DNA of 64,000 nt. Source: Eledone cirrhosa (taxonomy: Eukaryota). Below, in pieces: positions 42,311 through 54,174 of the stretch (position 1 is its first letter; each line of letters starts with the position of its first letter). The notes under the pieces are model-generated. The model searched no databases. It was given only the letters and a program-made list of their open reading frames with translations, and had not been told where the DNA came from. The stretch lies in NCBI GenBank assembly GCA_964016885.1, contig OZ024744.1, positions 70,308,001 to 70,372,000 of the forward strand. The letters run 5' to 3'. Position numbers and translations under genes: made by a program.

Positions 42311-43471
42311 AGTAAAGCATGTCCAGAGAATTATTTGATAATATATATATCTCATTTCTATTCCCAATTAGCATAATTAACCACACAAAAAATCAATTAG
42401 ACCAGGCTATAAGATTAAAAGGCACCTATGAAGAAACAGTAAATAAATACTCTGCAGCAGCGTCTTCGCGGCCAACCACTATAGAATATTTACCCAACAT
42501 TTCAACAGCACGTGGAAATTAATTAAATATACGGTCAACCATACACAATTAGGTAAAAATTAAAGTTAGAAATGCTTATATACATACCAGGATTAAATCA
42601 TTAAATCCCGACCCATGGGTTTCGCTCTCCTTTTGAGATATCCTATCAAGGATAAATCTCGAGTTTAGAGCTCATCAGGGGACAAACTCGCTAGGACAGA
42701 TTATTTTCTGAAGTGGCCCCCGCCAAACACGAATTCAAAATGGTTGAGAACTGTAACGTGGCAGTGGTCAAGTCAGAAAGAATGTCATTGGTTGCTTACG
42801 GCGAGTGGGTTGGTTGCTAGAAAGCGCAGCCCAATATCGCCCAAATTGTGTCTCAACCTTACGGGAGATTATTAAATATACATATTTACACATACACCAA
42901 TTAAACAAAGTCACAGGTATATATGTGTTTTGGCAACTATTCACGATGTGGCTCAATGAAGAATTAATAAATTAAATAATCAGAGCAAAATACTATAGAG
43001 TAAAGCATGTCCAGAGAATTATTTGATAATATATATACATCATCTCTACTCCCAATTAGCATAATTAACCACACAAAAGATCAATTAGACCAGGCTATAA
43101 GAATAAAAGGCACCTATGAAGAAACAGTAAATAAATACTCTACAGCAGCACGTGGAAATTAATTAAATATACGGTCAACCATACACAAGGTTGGCCGCGA
43201 AGACGCTGCTGTAGAGTATTTATTTACTGTTTCTTCATAGATGCCTTTTATTCTTATAGCCTGGTCTAATTGATTTTTTGTGTGGTTAATTATGCTGATT
43301 AGGAGTAGAGATGATGTATATATATTATCAAATAATTCTCTGGACATGCTTTACTCTATAGTATTTGGCTCTGATTATTTAATTTATTAATTCTTCATTG
43401 AGCCACATCGTGAATAGTTGCCAAAACACATATATACCTGTGACTTTGTTTAATTGGTGTATGTGTAAATA

Positions 43472-43480
<9 letters not shown>
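42311..43480 (-). mobile_element. Retrozyme / non-autonomous PLE: 688-bp tandem unit plus inverted terminal copy
   Basis: GTAAAGCATGTCCAGAGAATT at 42312 and 43000; 43189-43480 is an inverted copy; (TA)n on both sides; internal HHR. Confidence 0.8.
42606..42683 (-). ncRNA. Intact type-I hammerhead ribozyme (GUC site)
   Basis: GTCCC-CTGATGA-GCTCT..GAGAT..TATCCT-TGAT-AGGATA-TCTC..AGAGC-GAAA-CCC-AT-GG-GTC-GGGAT. Confidence 0.9.
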
Positions 43481-43515
<35 letters not shown>

Positions 43516-43571
43516 GAAAAATATCTTCAATGAACTATGAAGATATGCCACTATCTTTACATCAATTATTG

Positions 43572-43632
43572 TATATTATCTGACGAAAGCGTACTAAAAT
43601 ATTAGTGCCCTGGAAATACGTATAATAAAATA
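43572..43632 (+). ncRNA. Hammerhead ribozyme, family H4-like
   Basis: TATATTAT-CTGACGA-AAGC-GTACTAA-AATA-TTAGTGC-CCTG-GAAA-TACGTA-TA-ATAAAATA. Confidence 0.65.
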
Positions 43633-43797
43633 AATATGGTTTTATAAAGATATTTTCCATTTATTAATATTATTGATATTAATGATACTCTGGAAAAATT
43701 CGTTGAGTGCTTCTAATCTGTTATAAATTAACTTTGTTGAATAATCAACAAACCAAATAACTCATTGTTTATCTCTCTCTATATATATATATCTATA

Positions 43798-43840
<43 letters not shown>

Positions 43841-43841
43841 A

Positions 43842-43973
<132 letters not shown>

Positions 43974-44553
43974 TATATATATAAATGGAGTTGTCGTTTG
44001 TTTGAAATATTGCGAAATATGTTAACTACTATGTATTGTTGAAGATCAAGAGAATTATTGTTGCAATAGTAAAATTATCAATAATACTAATTTAAAAATA
44101 CAATTTATATAGAACTAATAAGTTGTATAATCAACACCCTAGTGCAGTGAGTGGAAATTAAAATTAAGTTTTGGGGGAATTTCTTTAAGCAATGTGATTG
44201 AGTGTTTTCAGCTCAAAGACTAAACATTGTTATTGTAAAAAGAAAGGGAAAACCCTACACACACAGTATTAGATATAACATCTCCGGTTGGAGATTGATT
44301 GTGTGAGAAAGAACAAAACAGACTGAGAAAAGCCAATATCTGAAAATAAATATTGTAAGCGTGTGTAAATATGAACCAAATTGAAATTTTGCCAATCGTA
44401 GTGGATAAAATTACTTTTGGTAATATCACGATGAATATGGTTTCAGAATATTGGGGTCAAAATTAAAGCGCAACTTATTATATTGACAAAAGAATCGTTG
44501 TTCATTATGATCCGTCTGCGATGTATAGAAACGCAAACATATGTATGTATGTA

Positions 44554-44870
44554 TCTTCTTTTGGTTTTATAATTTCACAAATTTTTGCCAATAGAGAGAG
44601 AGAGTCGGTTTCTAACATAGACACAAGACTCTCTCATTGGAATTTACACAACATCAACTAGGTAGATATGTTTGCATATCTGCATGCATGTGTGTGTAGA
44701 TATTGATGTTATTGTGTGTGTGGATGTGGATGTTTTGAGTTGTATGTGTGCATGTGCATACGCTTTGTATCTGTACATGTTTATATGCAGTTATGAGACG
44801 CAAAATGTTTGGAATGTTTTACATATTTTTACTGTTCCATTACTGGATTGTACTTGTAATTTCCTAACTA
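44554..44870 (-). mobile_element. 5'-truncated copy of the R4/Dong LINE
   Basis: Reverse complement of ~57964-58272; (TATG)n on both sides. Confidence 0.9.
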
Positions 44871-44895
44871 GTATGTATGTATATACGTATGTATA

Positions 44896-45497
44896 TCGGG
44901 TCACTCTTGAGTGTTACTGGTAACATGTAACCCAGTGCAACCTGTCACATGATCGGCAACCTCACCAAGTTTACTTGGTGAGGAGGGTGGTTTTGGACAC
45001 CCTGCAGGACAAAAGACAAAACCTGACAAAGGGCAGAAGAACTCATGAGTCAACGGCCATCAAAAAAATGTGTAAATATGTATATACATATGTATATATG
45101 TGTATATGTATATATGTATATACATGTATACATATGTGTATGTATATGCGCGGGGACATAGAAATAATTGGACTTGATACCTGATCGCGCAGTTAAACTA
45201 CTGGGAGTGAAGGACCCTAGCCTTTGTCAGGGCATTCTTCTAGGAGAAGGTAACTCAGGAAACTGGGGTAACTCCGACATAAAACCTGCGGCTCAGTAGT
45301 TACCGATGATGTTGATATTTTCTTCTTTTCGGGTTATAGCTACTGTTGCTCAAAGAGTGGGATTGGCTCAGTGCACAGTCTTTCCTCACTTTAAAAAATA
45401 TCTTCACTCACAAGCATTGCACGACATCATTAATTGATAATTATTAATAATGTTATATCGTTTAATGGCCATACTTGATAACGAGGCAGTAGCCATC
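44896..45497 (+). mobile_element. RTE-derived non-autonomous element (subfamily A) with (ATGT)n tail
   Basis: Collinear with 53498-54031(-) and with the 5' half of 59777-60381; CTAGGAGAAGG motif. Confidence 0.78.
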
Positions 45498-45603
45498 ATG
45501 TATGTATCTATGAACGTATCTATGTATGTATGAACGTCTTCATGCGTACATGCATGCATACCTACCTACCTACCTACTTACCTACATACATACTTACAAA
45601 CAT

Positions 45604-45873
45604 AGTGGCTGCCAATTCGTTTTCGAGTACGGCCACTACTTTATATCCATGTAGGAGAACTCCTACCGATGCGCTGAACGAGTGTGACTGTTTAGTCCAG
45701 CCAGCGACTTGAAAACTCTGGTACAGACACTACACTTGTGACAATTATTGTCACATAGTGCTAGGCCCATGGTACCATGTGACGACAAGTGCAGAGAGAT
45801 CTCCAGATATAAAGCAATGCCTGTGCCGTGAAGCTTTTATAGTGAGCAAAGGCACTGCACAAAGCCAGTCCCA
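45604..45873 (-). mobile_element. RTE-derived element 3' part (subfamily B)
   Basis: Reverse complement of 60115-60381. Confidence 0.85.
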
Positions 45874-46028
45874 GGTTTTCGAATATTAATGATAATATTC
45901 GATTCATTTGCAATTATGCAAACAGCCTCGTTTTTAAAGCCATGTCAGTAGAATGAGCCCCTCATTCTTGGTCTTGTGTTGGCATATATTTGTATGTATA
46001 TCTATATCTATCTCTCTCTCTCTCTCTC

Positions 46029-46127
<99 letters not shown>

Positions 46128-46320
46128 GGTGTGGGAAAAACCAGCTAGACTATAAACCACCAGAGTACTCGATACTTGGAGTAGTTAAGTGGGTAATATG
46201 AAAAGATTCAATACCCCGACGGCTGAGCTCCGACGGTTGGGACAGCTAGATCCGAATTAGTTCGGATCTAGCTGTCCAAAAAGCCGGAGCTCAGCTGTCG
46301 GGGTGTTGAATCTTTTCATA
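46128..46320. mobile_element. Family H3 variant, palindrome 46198-46320
   Basis: CCCCGACGGCTGAGCTCCG..GACAGCTAGATCCGAA / TTCGGATCTAGCTGTC..CGGAGCTCAGCTGTCGGGG. Confidence 0.7.
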
Positions 46321-47599
46321 TATATATATACATATGAATAACACCCAGTGTCTGTTCTGGATGGATGATAGTAATTATGTACATTAAATTCGACTCAAAA
46401 ATGCTGGAAATACCAGCCAAATCTACTTCAAATCTTCCTCATACATTACTCATACTCTTAGGTGTGTGCAAATAGCCTTCGGATATCATACAAAGTCTAA
46501 TGTCTTAAAAAAGGTTACAATGGCAGATAAATCTCCCTCAATTCACAAAAACCTACTATGATAAAATAAACTCCTAGAAAAGCCCTTTGATGTGAGACTC
46601 TGCCTTACTCTCTATCTGTCTCTCTGGTCAACAACGCGTAACCAGGGGCTAAATAACTAGAAGATGCAGGCCTACAACAAGGACAAAAACAAGTCTGGAA
46701 CAAGTTAAGGGTTTTAATTTAAAAGGCCCCGTTTTTTTTGCTTCTTATGTACGCGGTAACCCAATCAGAGATTTCAGTCAACCGTAGCTTTGCACTTACT
46801 GCGTTACATCAATCTTTGTCAGTAAGAGGATGTTAAGAGGGAGAAAGACAGCGTGGTATGTATAGAGAGATAGAGAGTGAGATTTACATACATATATACG
46901 TACATACATACATGCATACATATATACATACATGTATACATATATACATATATACATATATATATATATATACATATATATACATATATATACATATATA
47001 CATATATACATATATACATACATACATATATACATACATATACATACATACATAGAGACAGACATACATATATACATACCTATACATACATATATGTATA
47101 TATACACACACACAAACACATATATATATATACATATATATACATATATATATATATACGTATAAATGTGTGTGTAAATATATACAATATACACAGCACA
47201 CATACGCACGCACTCACACATGCATACACACACCTATATATACACACACATATATATATGTGTGTATATATATATATATATATAAACTTAGATAAGATGA
47301 TGTTTCGTCCTGTATTGGGCTTGGGCATGTCTAACTAGCGCCATGATATATATATATATGTGTGTTGTCTATATACATATATATATATATATATATGTGT
47401 GTGTGTATGCGTGTGTGTTGTCTATATACATATATATATTTATACGCTTATATATATATGTGTGTGTTTGTGTGTCTATATAGATATATGTATAGACACA
47501 CACATATTTGTGTGTGAGTGTGTGTTTGTGTGTCTATATAGATATATACACACACACACATATATACACACATATATATTTTTTTGTGTTGTGTGTGTA

Positions 47600-47726
<127 letters not shown>

Positions 47727-48103
47727 GATATATATACATATGTGTGTGTATGCACACACACACACACACACGCACACACACACACACATACACACATACA
47801 TACACACCACACACATACAGTCATTTAATAAATTCATGACTCTTAAAAGTGTAGTTCCGTTTCCTTTCTTAAAAATGACGAATTCTTAGAGGAATCAAAA
47901 TAGTCATGTAAGAGTCATTAATTTCTTAAATGAAAACGTTTGCACTATCATTCATATATTAAGCACTTTGCCTAATTTGTGATTCTCTTCTGACGGATTC
48001 AATTGGATATATTAACACGTTTTGCTATATATACACATATATGTGTATATATATATATATATGACAGATGTGAGAAAAACCACAGACCCTCCATCTCAAC
48101 TCT

Positions 48104-48141
48104 ACTTTTGAAAAGCAGAAGAACTGCGAAACCGGTAAAGG
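48104..48141 (+). ncRNA. Variant-core minimal hammerhead (UUGAAAA), family H6
   Basis: CTT-TTGAAAA-GCAG-AAGAA-CTGC-GAAA-CCGG-TA-AAG; second copy at 52412-52455 with a 7-bp stem I. Confidence 0.5.
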
Positions 48142-48354
48142 AACCAAATAAATATATATATTTTTAAAAAAAATAAGACTCCAGTTGCATTTTCGATTTC
48201 ATCTCTTTTTCTTTATATATATATATATATAGATATATTATGATTCCAGTTCCTCAGTGAAATAACAACCCATCCAGGAACTGGGCATATCAGAGTATTG
48301 ACAATATTATACACCTCAACAACATATGTACTTGTCTATACCACACTAATTCAA

Positions 48355-48409
48355 ACTGCCTGAAGAAGTCACAGCCAAAGATGGCTGTCACTGAAATATA
48401 TATAGCAGT
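48355..48409 (+). ncRNA. Intact type-I hammerhead ribozyme (AUA site)
   Basis: ACTGC-CTGAAGA-AGTCACAGCC-AAAGAT-GGCTGTCACT-GAAA-TATATA-TA-GCAGT. Confidence 0.85.
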
Positions 48410-48459
48410 AATAAACGAAGCTAAATTTTAAACATTTGACTTTTTATTTAACTTTATTT

Positions 48460-48491
<32 letters not shown>

Positions 48492-48594
48492 TCTTTAGGT
48501 TTGCTGGTTCACCACTAGGTAGAATTCCGTATGGTCAATTTTGGTGTAATATTGTGGATCCATGGTTTTTACATATTCCTTTGTTATATTTCGA

Positions 48595-48652
48595 ATACCT
48601 GATGATATCACCGGATTCATATGGAACCCGGTCATTGAAATTATCATAGTAT
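48595..48652 (+). ncRNA. Hammerhead ribozyme, family H7
   Basis: ATAC-CTGATGA-TATCACCGGATTC..GAACCCGGTCATT-GAAA-TTATCA-TA-GTAT. Confidence 0.7.
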
Positions 48653-48700
48653 ATAATAAACCTTTCAAGGATTTACACCAGTCCAGCCTCCTGTCATTTT

Positions 48701-48815
<115 letters not shown>

Positions 48816-48843
48816 CCTATATATACACACACACACACACACA

Positions 48844-48933
<90 letters not shown>

Positions 48934-49027
48934 GTGTGTGTGTATATATATATATACAGGTATATATATACATATATGCATACATATATAAATATAAACA
49001 TATATGTATATATATAAATATAAACAT

Positions 49028-49094
<67 letters not shown>

Positions 49095-49097
49095 CCC

Positions 49098-49196
<99 letters not shown>

Positions 49197-49489
49197 TATA
49201 TGTAGAAATAAACACAGTAAATTCTGCATCTAAAATTACAAGGGCAGATTATACCACAAATGTTTTATATATTTAAACTGAAGCATACAGTAAGATACAA
49301 TATTTCCTATACATACCGTATCAATAACGATTTCATCTCTCGGACAGACTAAAGATTTAATCTGTTTCGCCCTGAATTTTGTGTTTGTAACAGGTAACCC
49401 TTAGGCATTTCATCAGCGAGGGATTAGATTAAATGAAACAAAACACATCTAACAAGAACTCACAGGGTATCAATATGAGTTAATAATTC

Positions 49490-49630
<141 letters not shown>

Positions 49631-49918
49631 CATATATATACACACACATATTTATATATATATTATGCTCTAATTCATTAATCACACTCCAATAACAGTC
49701 CACAAATTATTTGAGGGACAATTGGCTGCTAATTCTCATAGCCATCCTTAACGGGATCTTCTGATCAGAAGATCCCGTTAAGGGTGAAAGCAGCGATTCT
49801 TTGCTTAAACTTTAATCTGTTATTTTAATAAATATTTGCTTTACGGTTCTTATATATTTGATATATATTTATTCCTATCGAGACCTCTTTGGAATTTAGT
49901 CTTCAAATTTATTATTAT

Positions 49919-50000
<82 letters not shown>

Positions 50001-50015
50001 TATGAAGTGTGTTTC

Positions 50016-50052
<37 letters not shown>

Positions 50053-50095
50053 TATGAAGTGTGTTTCTAAATATATATATATATATATATATATA

Positions 50096-50291
50096 TAGGA
50101 ACCAGTAAGACCCCGACGGCTGAGCTCAAGCCGTTTCGACGGCTAATTCTGGACTCAGAATTAGCCGTCGAAACGGCTTGAGCTCAGCCGTCGGGGTCTT
50201 ACTGGTTCCTATTACCCACTCTACTACCCCAAGTATTGAGTACTTTGGTGCGTTATGGTCCACCTGGTTCCTTACCACATTTCCTTCGTTA
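50096..50291. mobile_element. Family H3 perfect palindrome (50096-50212) plus tail
   Basis: GACGGCTAATTCTG-GACT-CAGAATTAGCCGTC-GAAA-CGGCT..AGCCG-TC-GGGG. Confidence 0.85.
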
Positions 50292-50336
50292 TATATATAT
50301 ATAAAGAGAGAGAGAGAGAGAGAGGGGGGGGGAGAT

Positions 50337-50367
<31 letters not shown>

Positions 50368-50465
50368 GAGAAAGAGAGTGAAACTGAGACTGTGTTGAGA
50401 TGGGGGAGACCACTAATCATGGGACTACTCAATACATGGGGAGATGCACAGTGGGTATAAAGATA

Positions 50466-50595
50466 GGTAAAATCCCGACCGCAGCCCCAAGTGGTTTCAG
50501 CTTGTGTTCAGCAAGTATTTTTCAAGGGTGTCACCTTCTTAAAGACTTGCTGCACACACAAGCCGAAACCACTTGGTGCTGCAGTTGGGATTTAC

Positions 50596-50596
<1 letters not shown>
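50466..50596. repeat. Palindromic half-hammerhead (H3-related)
   Basis: Arms read GAAACCACTTGG..GC(G/A)GT(C/T)GGGATT outward from a central hairpin. Confidence 0.65.
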
Positions 50597-50633
<37 letters not shown>

Positions 50634-50649
50634 TTCTATCTATCTACTC

Positions 50650-50705
<56 letters not shown>

Positions 50706-50706
50706 C

Positions 50707-50752
50707 ACACAGCCATTTCTATTCTCCATAATTTCATCATATATATATATAC

Positions 50753-50819
<67 letters not shown>

Positions 50820-50850
50820 ATGAAATTATGGAGAATAGAAATGGCTGTGT
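50707..50850. repeat. 31-bp inverted repeat bracketing an (AT)n tract
   Basis: ACACAGCCATTTCTATTCTCCATAATTTCAT / ATGAAATTATGGAGAATAGAAATGGCTGTGT. Confidence 0.85.
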
Positions 50851-50970
50851 AGTTGCTATTTAAGGAAATTTAAAATGCAATGGGAATACGAAGAAAGCAA
50901 GAACGGGGGGGGTCCTCATCAGTTGTCTACTGGGGGTCTCGGATATTTCTATGCTTTAAAGACAAGATAC

Positions 50971-51020
<50 letters not shown>

Positions 51021-51933
51021 GTATGTTGGATCCCGATGTATATCTGGAGATGAATCCTTTCAAGAAAAGTACTCAACACGTTAGTATACTATAGGTATAT
51101 TCATTTTATTTTAGAAATGACTTTTATAGTACTAGAACTGTTTCATTGGTAAGAACCATCTGGAAAGTTTACGAATGAGTCATCTAGAAGTCATTTCTAT
51201 AATAAAATGAACATATATATACATATACAACACATATACAACACATATATACACATATACAAACATATATACATATATATAAATGTGTGTGTGTGTGTGT
51301 GTGTGATCGTGCATGTGTTGTGCGTGCGTGTGTGTGCGTGCGTGTGTGTGTGTGTGTATGTGCGCGTGCATGTGCTTCTACGTGTATGAGTGTGTGTGTG
51401 AGTGTGTGTGTGTGTTTGTGTGGGTGTTTGTATGAATGTATGTTTGTGTACATATGCATCCATGAAGGCATGTATGTAATATGTATATTTGTTTGTATGT
51501 CGACATTCTAAATTTTGATTAATATTTGACCGGCCACCTTCCCGGTGGCAACGTCGTAAAGTAAAGGAAATGTTCGTCATCTTTTGCGCAATCGGTCATT
51601 CATTTAATCTTAAGAATATTTTACAGATTTTGAAGGTTACAGATATAGCAGCCATTTGTAGCTTATGAATTAAGGAGCTAGCTTCTTTTCCTACAAGTTC
51701 AGTCATACCTTTGTCCAGGGGTGTTGGTATATATATATCCTATAGTTTGTATGTATATATATACAAGTATATATTTATCCATCATCAAAAATATTTTATT
51801 TAGAAGCCTATATATATATATATATATATATAAGGTACTATTATCTTTACTGATTAACTACCGTGGTAATTTTCCGCTGAAGATACTGAAATATTCACAC
51901 CGGAACTATGTTTGCTTATTAAAACAGCTCTAG

Positions 51934-52056
<123 letters not shown>

Positions 52057-52222
52057 CCAAATATACAGAGGGAAAAATCAGCTTTTAAATCATTTTTTAA
52101 TTCCTTACACATGTTTCAAGAGAGTTGTACAAAGATGTGGCAATTATATACTATCATATATAATTCTCTACATACTTTTGAGCTTTGTAAATTTAGCTTT
52201 TCCTTTGCTATATATATATATA

Positions 52223-52266
<44 letters not shown>

Positions 52267-52313
52267 TGAGAGAGAGAGAGAGAGAGAGAGAAAGAAAGAG
52301 AGAGAGAGGGGGG

Positions 52314-52362
<49 letters not shown>

Positions 52363-52524
52363 GTGAGTAGCGAAACAAACCACAGCCGAAACACAAATCC
52401 TCCATCTCAATTTTACTTTTGAAAATCATAAGAACTGTGAAACAGGTAAAGTAAATAAATATTCTTAAACGGCTCCAGTTGCATTTTCAACTTTTTCCCT
52501 TATATATACACAAACACACACACA

Positions 52525-52790
52525 CTGGACTGGTGTAATTCCTTAAAGGTTTATTATACTATGAACATTTCAATGACCTGGTTCAGCATGAATCCGGTGA
52601 CATCATCAGGTATTCGAAATTTAACAAAGGAATATAATCCATGGGGCTGAAAAGGCAGAGAGACAATGTTAAATTTCGAATACCTGATGATGTCACCGGA
52701 TTCATGCTGAACCCAGTCATTGAAATGTTCATAGTATAATAAACCTTTAAGGAATTACACCAGTCCAGCCTCTTGTTATTTTATAATATA
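52525..52790. mobile_element. Fold-back H7 element with two hammerheads (52556-52613 minus; 52680-52737 plus)
   Basis: ATAC-CTGATGA-TGTCACCGGATTCA..TGAACC..GTCATT-GAAA-TG-TT-CA-TA-GTAT on both arms; IR 52525-52768. Confidence 0.8.
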
Positions 52791-52817
52791 TATATATATG
52801 TGTGTGTGTATACATTT

Positions 52818-53048
52818 TGACGTACGGCTTTTCTCGGGCATTTTAAGCCTGGCGGAGCCTATCCCTCTCCTGACCTCCTGACCCGAGTACAGCAGATTTC
52901 TTCCAGGGAAGAATAGAAAATAAAAGAGGACGAGTCGACTCTACCATTAGACTGGATGAAAGGCAAAGTTGACCTCAGCGGGATTTGAACTCAGAGAGCA
53001 AAGAGCCGTAACGAATAATGCAAAGCATTCTTACCGTCATTTCCACGA
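52818..53048 (-). mobile_element. SINE S1b (alternative tail)
   Basis: Matches 31767-31997. Confidence 0.7.
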
Positions 53049-53097
53049 CTCTATACATACATAGATACATACATACGTACATACATACATACATACA

Positions 53098-53130
<33 letters not shown>

Positions 53131-53497
53131 GCAAAATACATATATGCATACATACATACATGCAAACATACACACATACATACATGCATACAAACATACA
53201 TACATGCAACATACATATATGCATACATACATACATGCAAACATACACACATACATACATGCATACAAACATACATACATACATACATACATGCATACAA
53301 ATATACATACATAAGTACATACATACATATATATACATACATACATAAATATTACATACATATATATATACACATACATACATACATACATGGATATATA
53401 TACACATACATACGTACGTACGTACGTACATACATACATACATACATACATACATACATACATACATACATACATACATACATACATACATACACAT

Positions 53498-54031
53498 GAT
53501 GGCTGCCCCCTCGTCATCGAGTATGGCCATTGCACGATATACCATTATTAATAATTATTAATTAATTCTATCGTGCAATGCCTGTGAGTGAATATATGAT
53601 TTAAAGTGAGGAAAGACTGTGCACTGAGCCAATCCCACTCTCTGAGCGACTGTAGCTAGAACCCGAAAAGAAGAAAAGATCAACATCATCGGTAACTACT
53701 GAGTCACGGGGTTTATATCGGAGTTACTCCAGTTTCCTGAGTTGCCTTCTCCTAGAAGAATGCCCTGAAAAAGGCTAGGGATCCTTCACTCCCAGTGGTT
53801 TAACCACGCGGTACATGTGTATATACATATTTACACACTTTCGGATGACCGTTGACCCTTATGAGTTCTTCCGCCCTTTGTGAGGTTTTGTTTTTTGTGC
53901 TGCAGGGTGTCCAAAATCACCTTCCTCACCAAGTAAACTTGGTGGGGTTGGCGATTTAGTCGCCGACGACCCGACCATGCGACATGTTGTACTGGGTTAC
54001 ATGTTACCAGTAGTACTCAAGAGTGACTCGA
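53498..54031 (-). mobile_element. RTE-derived non-autonomous element (subfamily A), complete, in (CATA)n
   Basis: Collinear with 44896-45497; (CATA)n on both sides. Confidence 0.8.
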
Positions 54032-54104
54032 CATACATACATACATACATACATACATACATACATACATACATACATACATACATACATACATACATAC
54101 ATAC

Positions 54105-54135
<31 letters not shown>

Positions 54136-54174
54136 CATACATACATACATACATACATACATACATACATACAT

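Noticed and set aside
45185-45255. Twister-like loop GGACCCTAGCC in the RTE-derived element
   Set aside because: The required P2 partner and P1 closing strand were not found
49355-49425. Minus-strand CTGATGA..GGGC-GAAAC
   Set aside because: Stems I and III are poor; not counted as a feature
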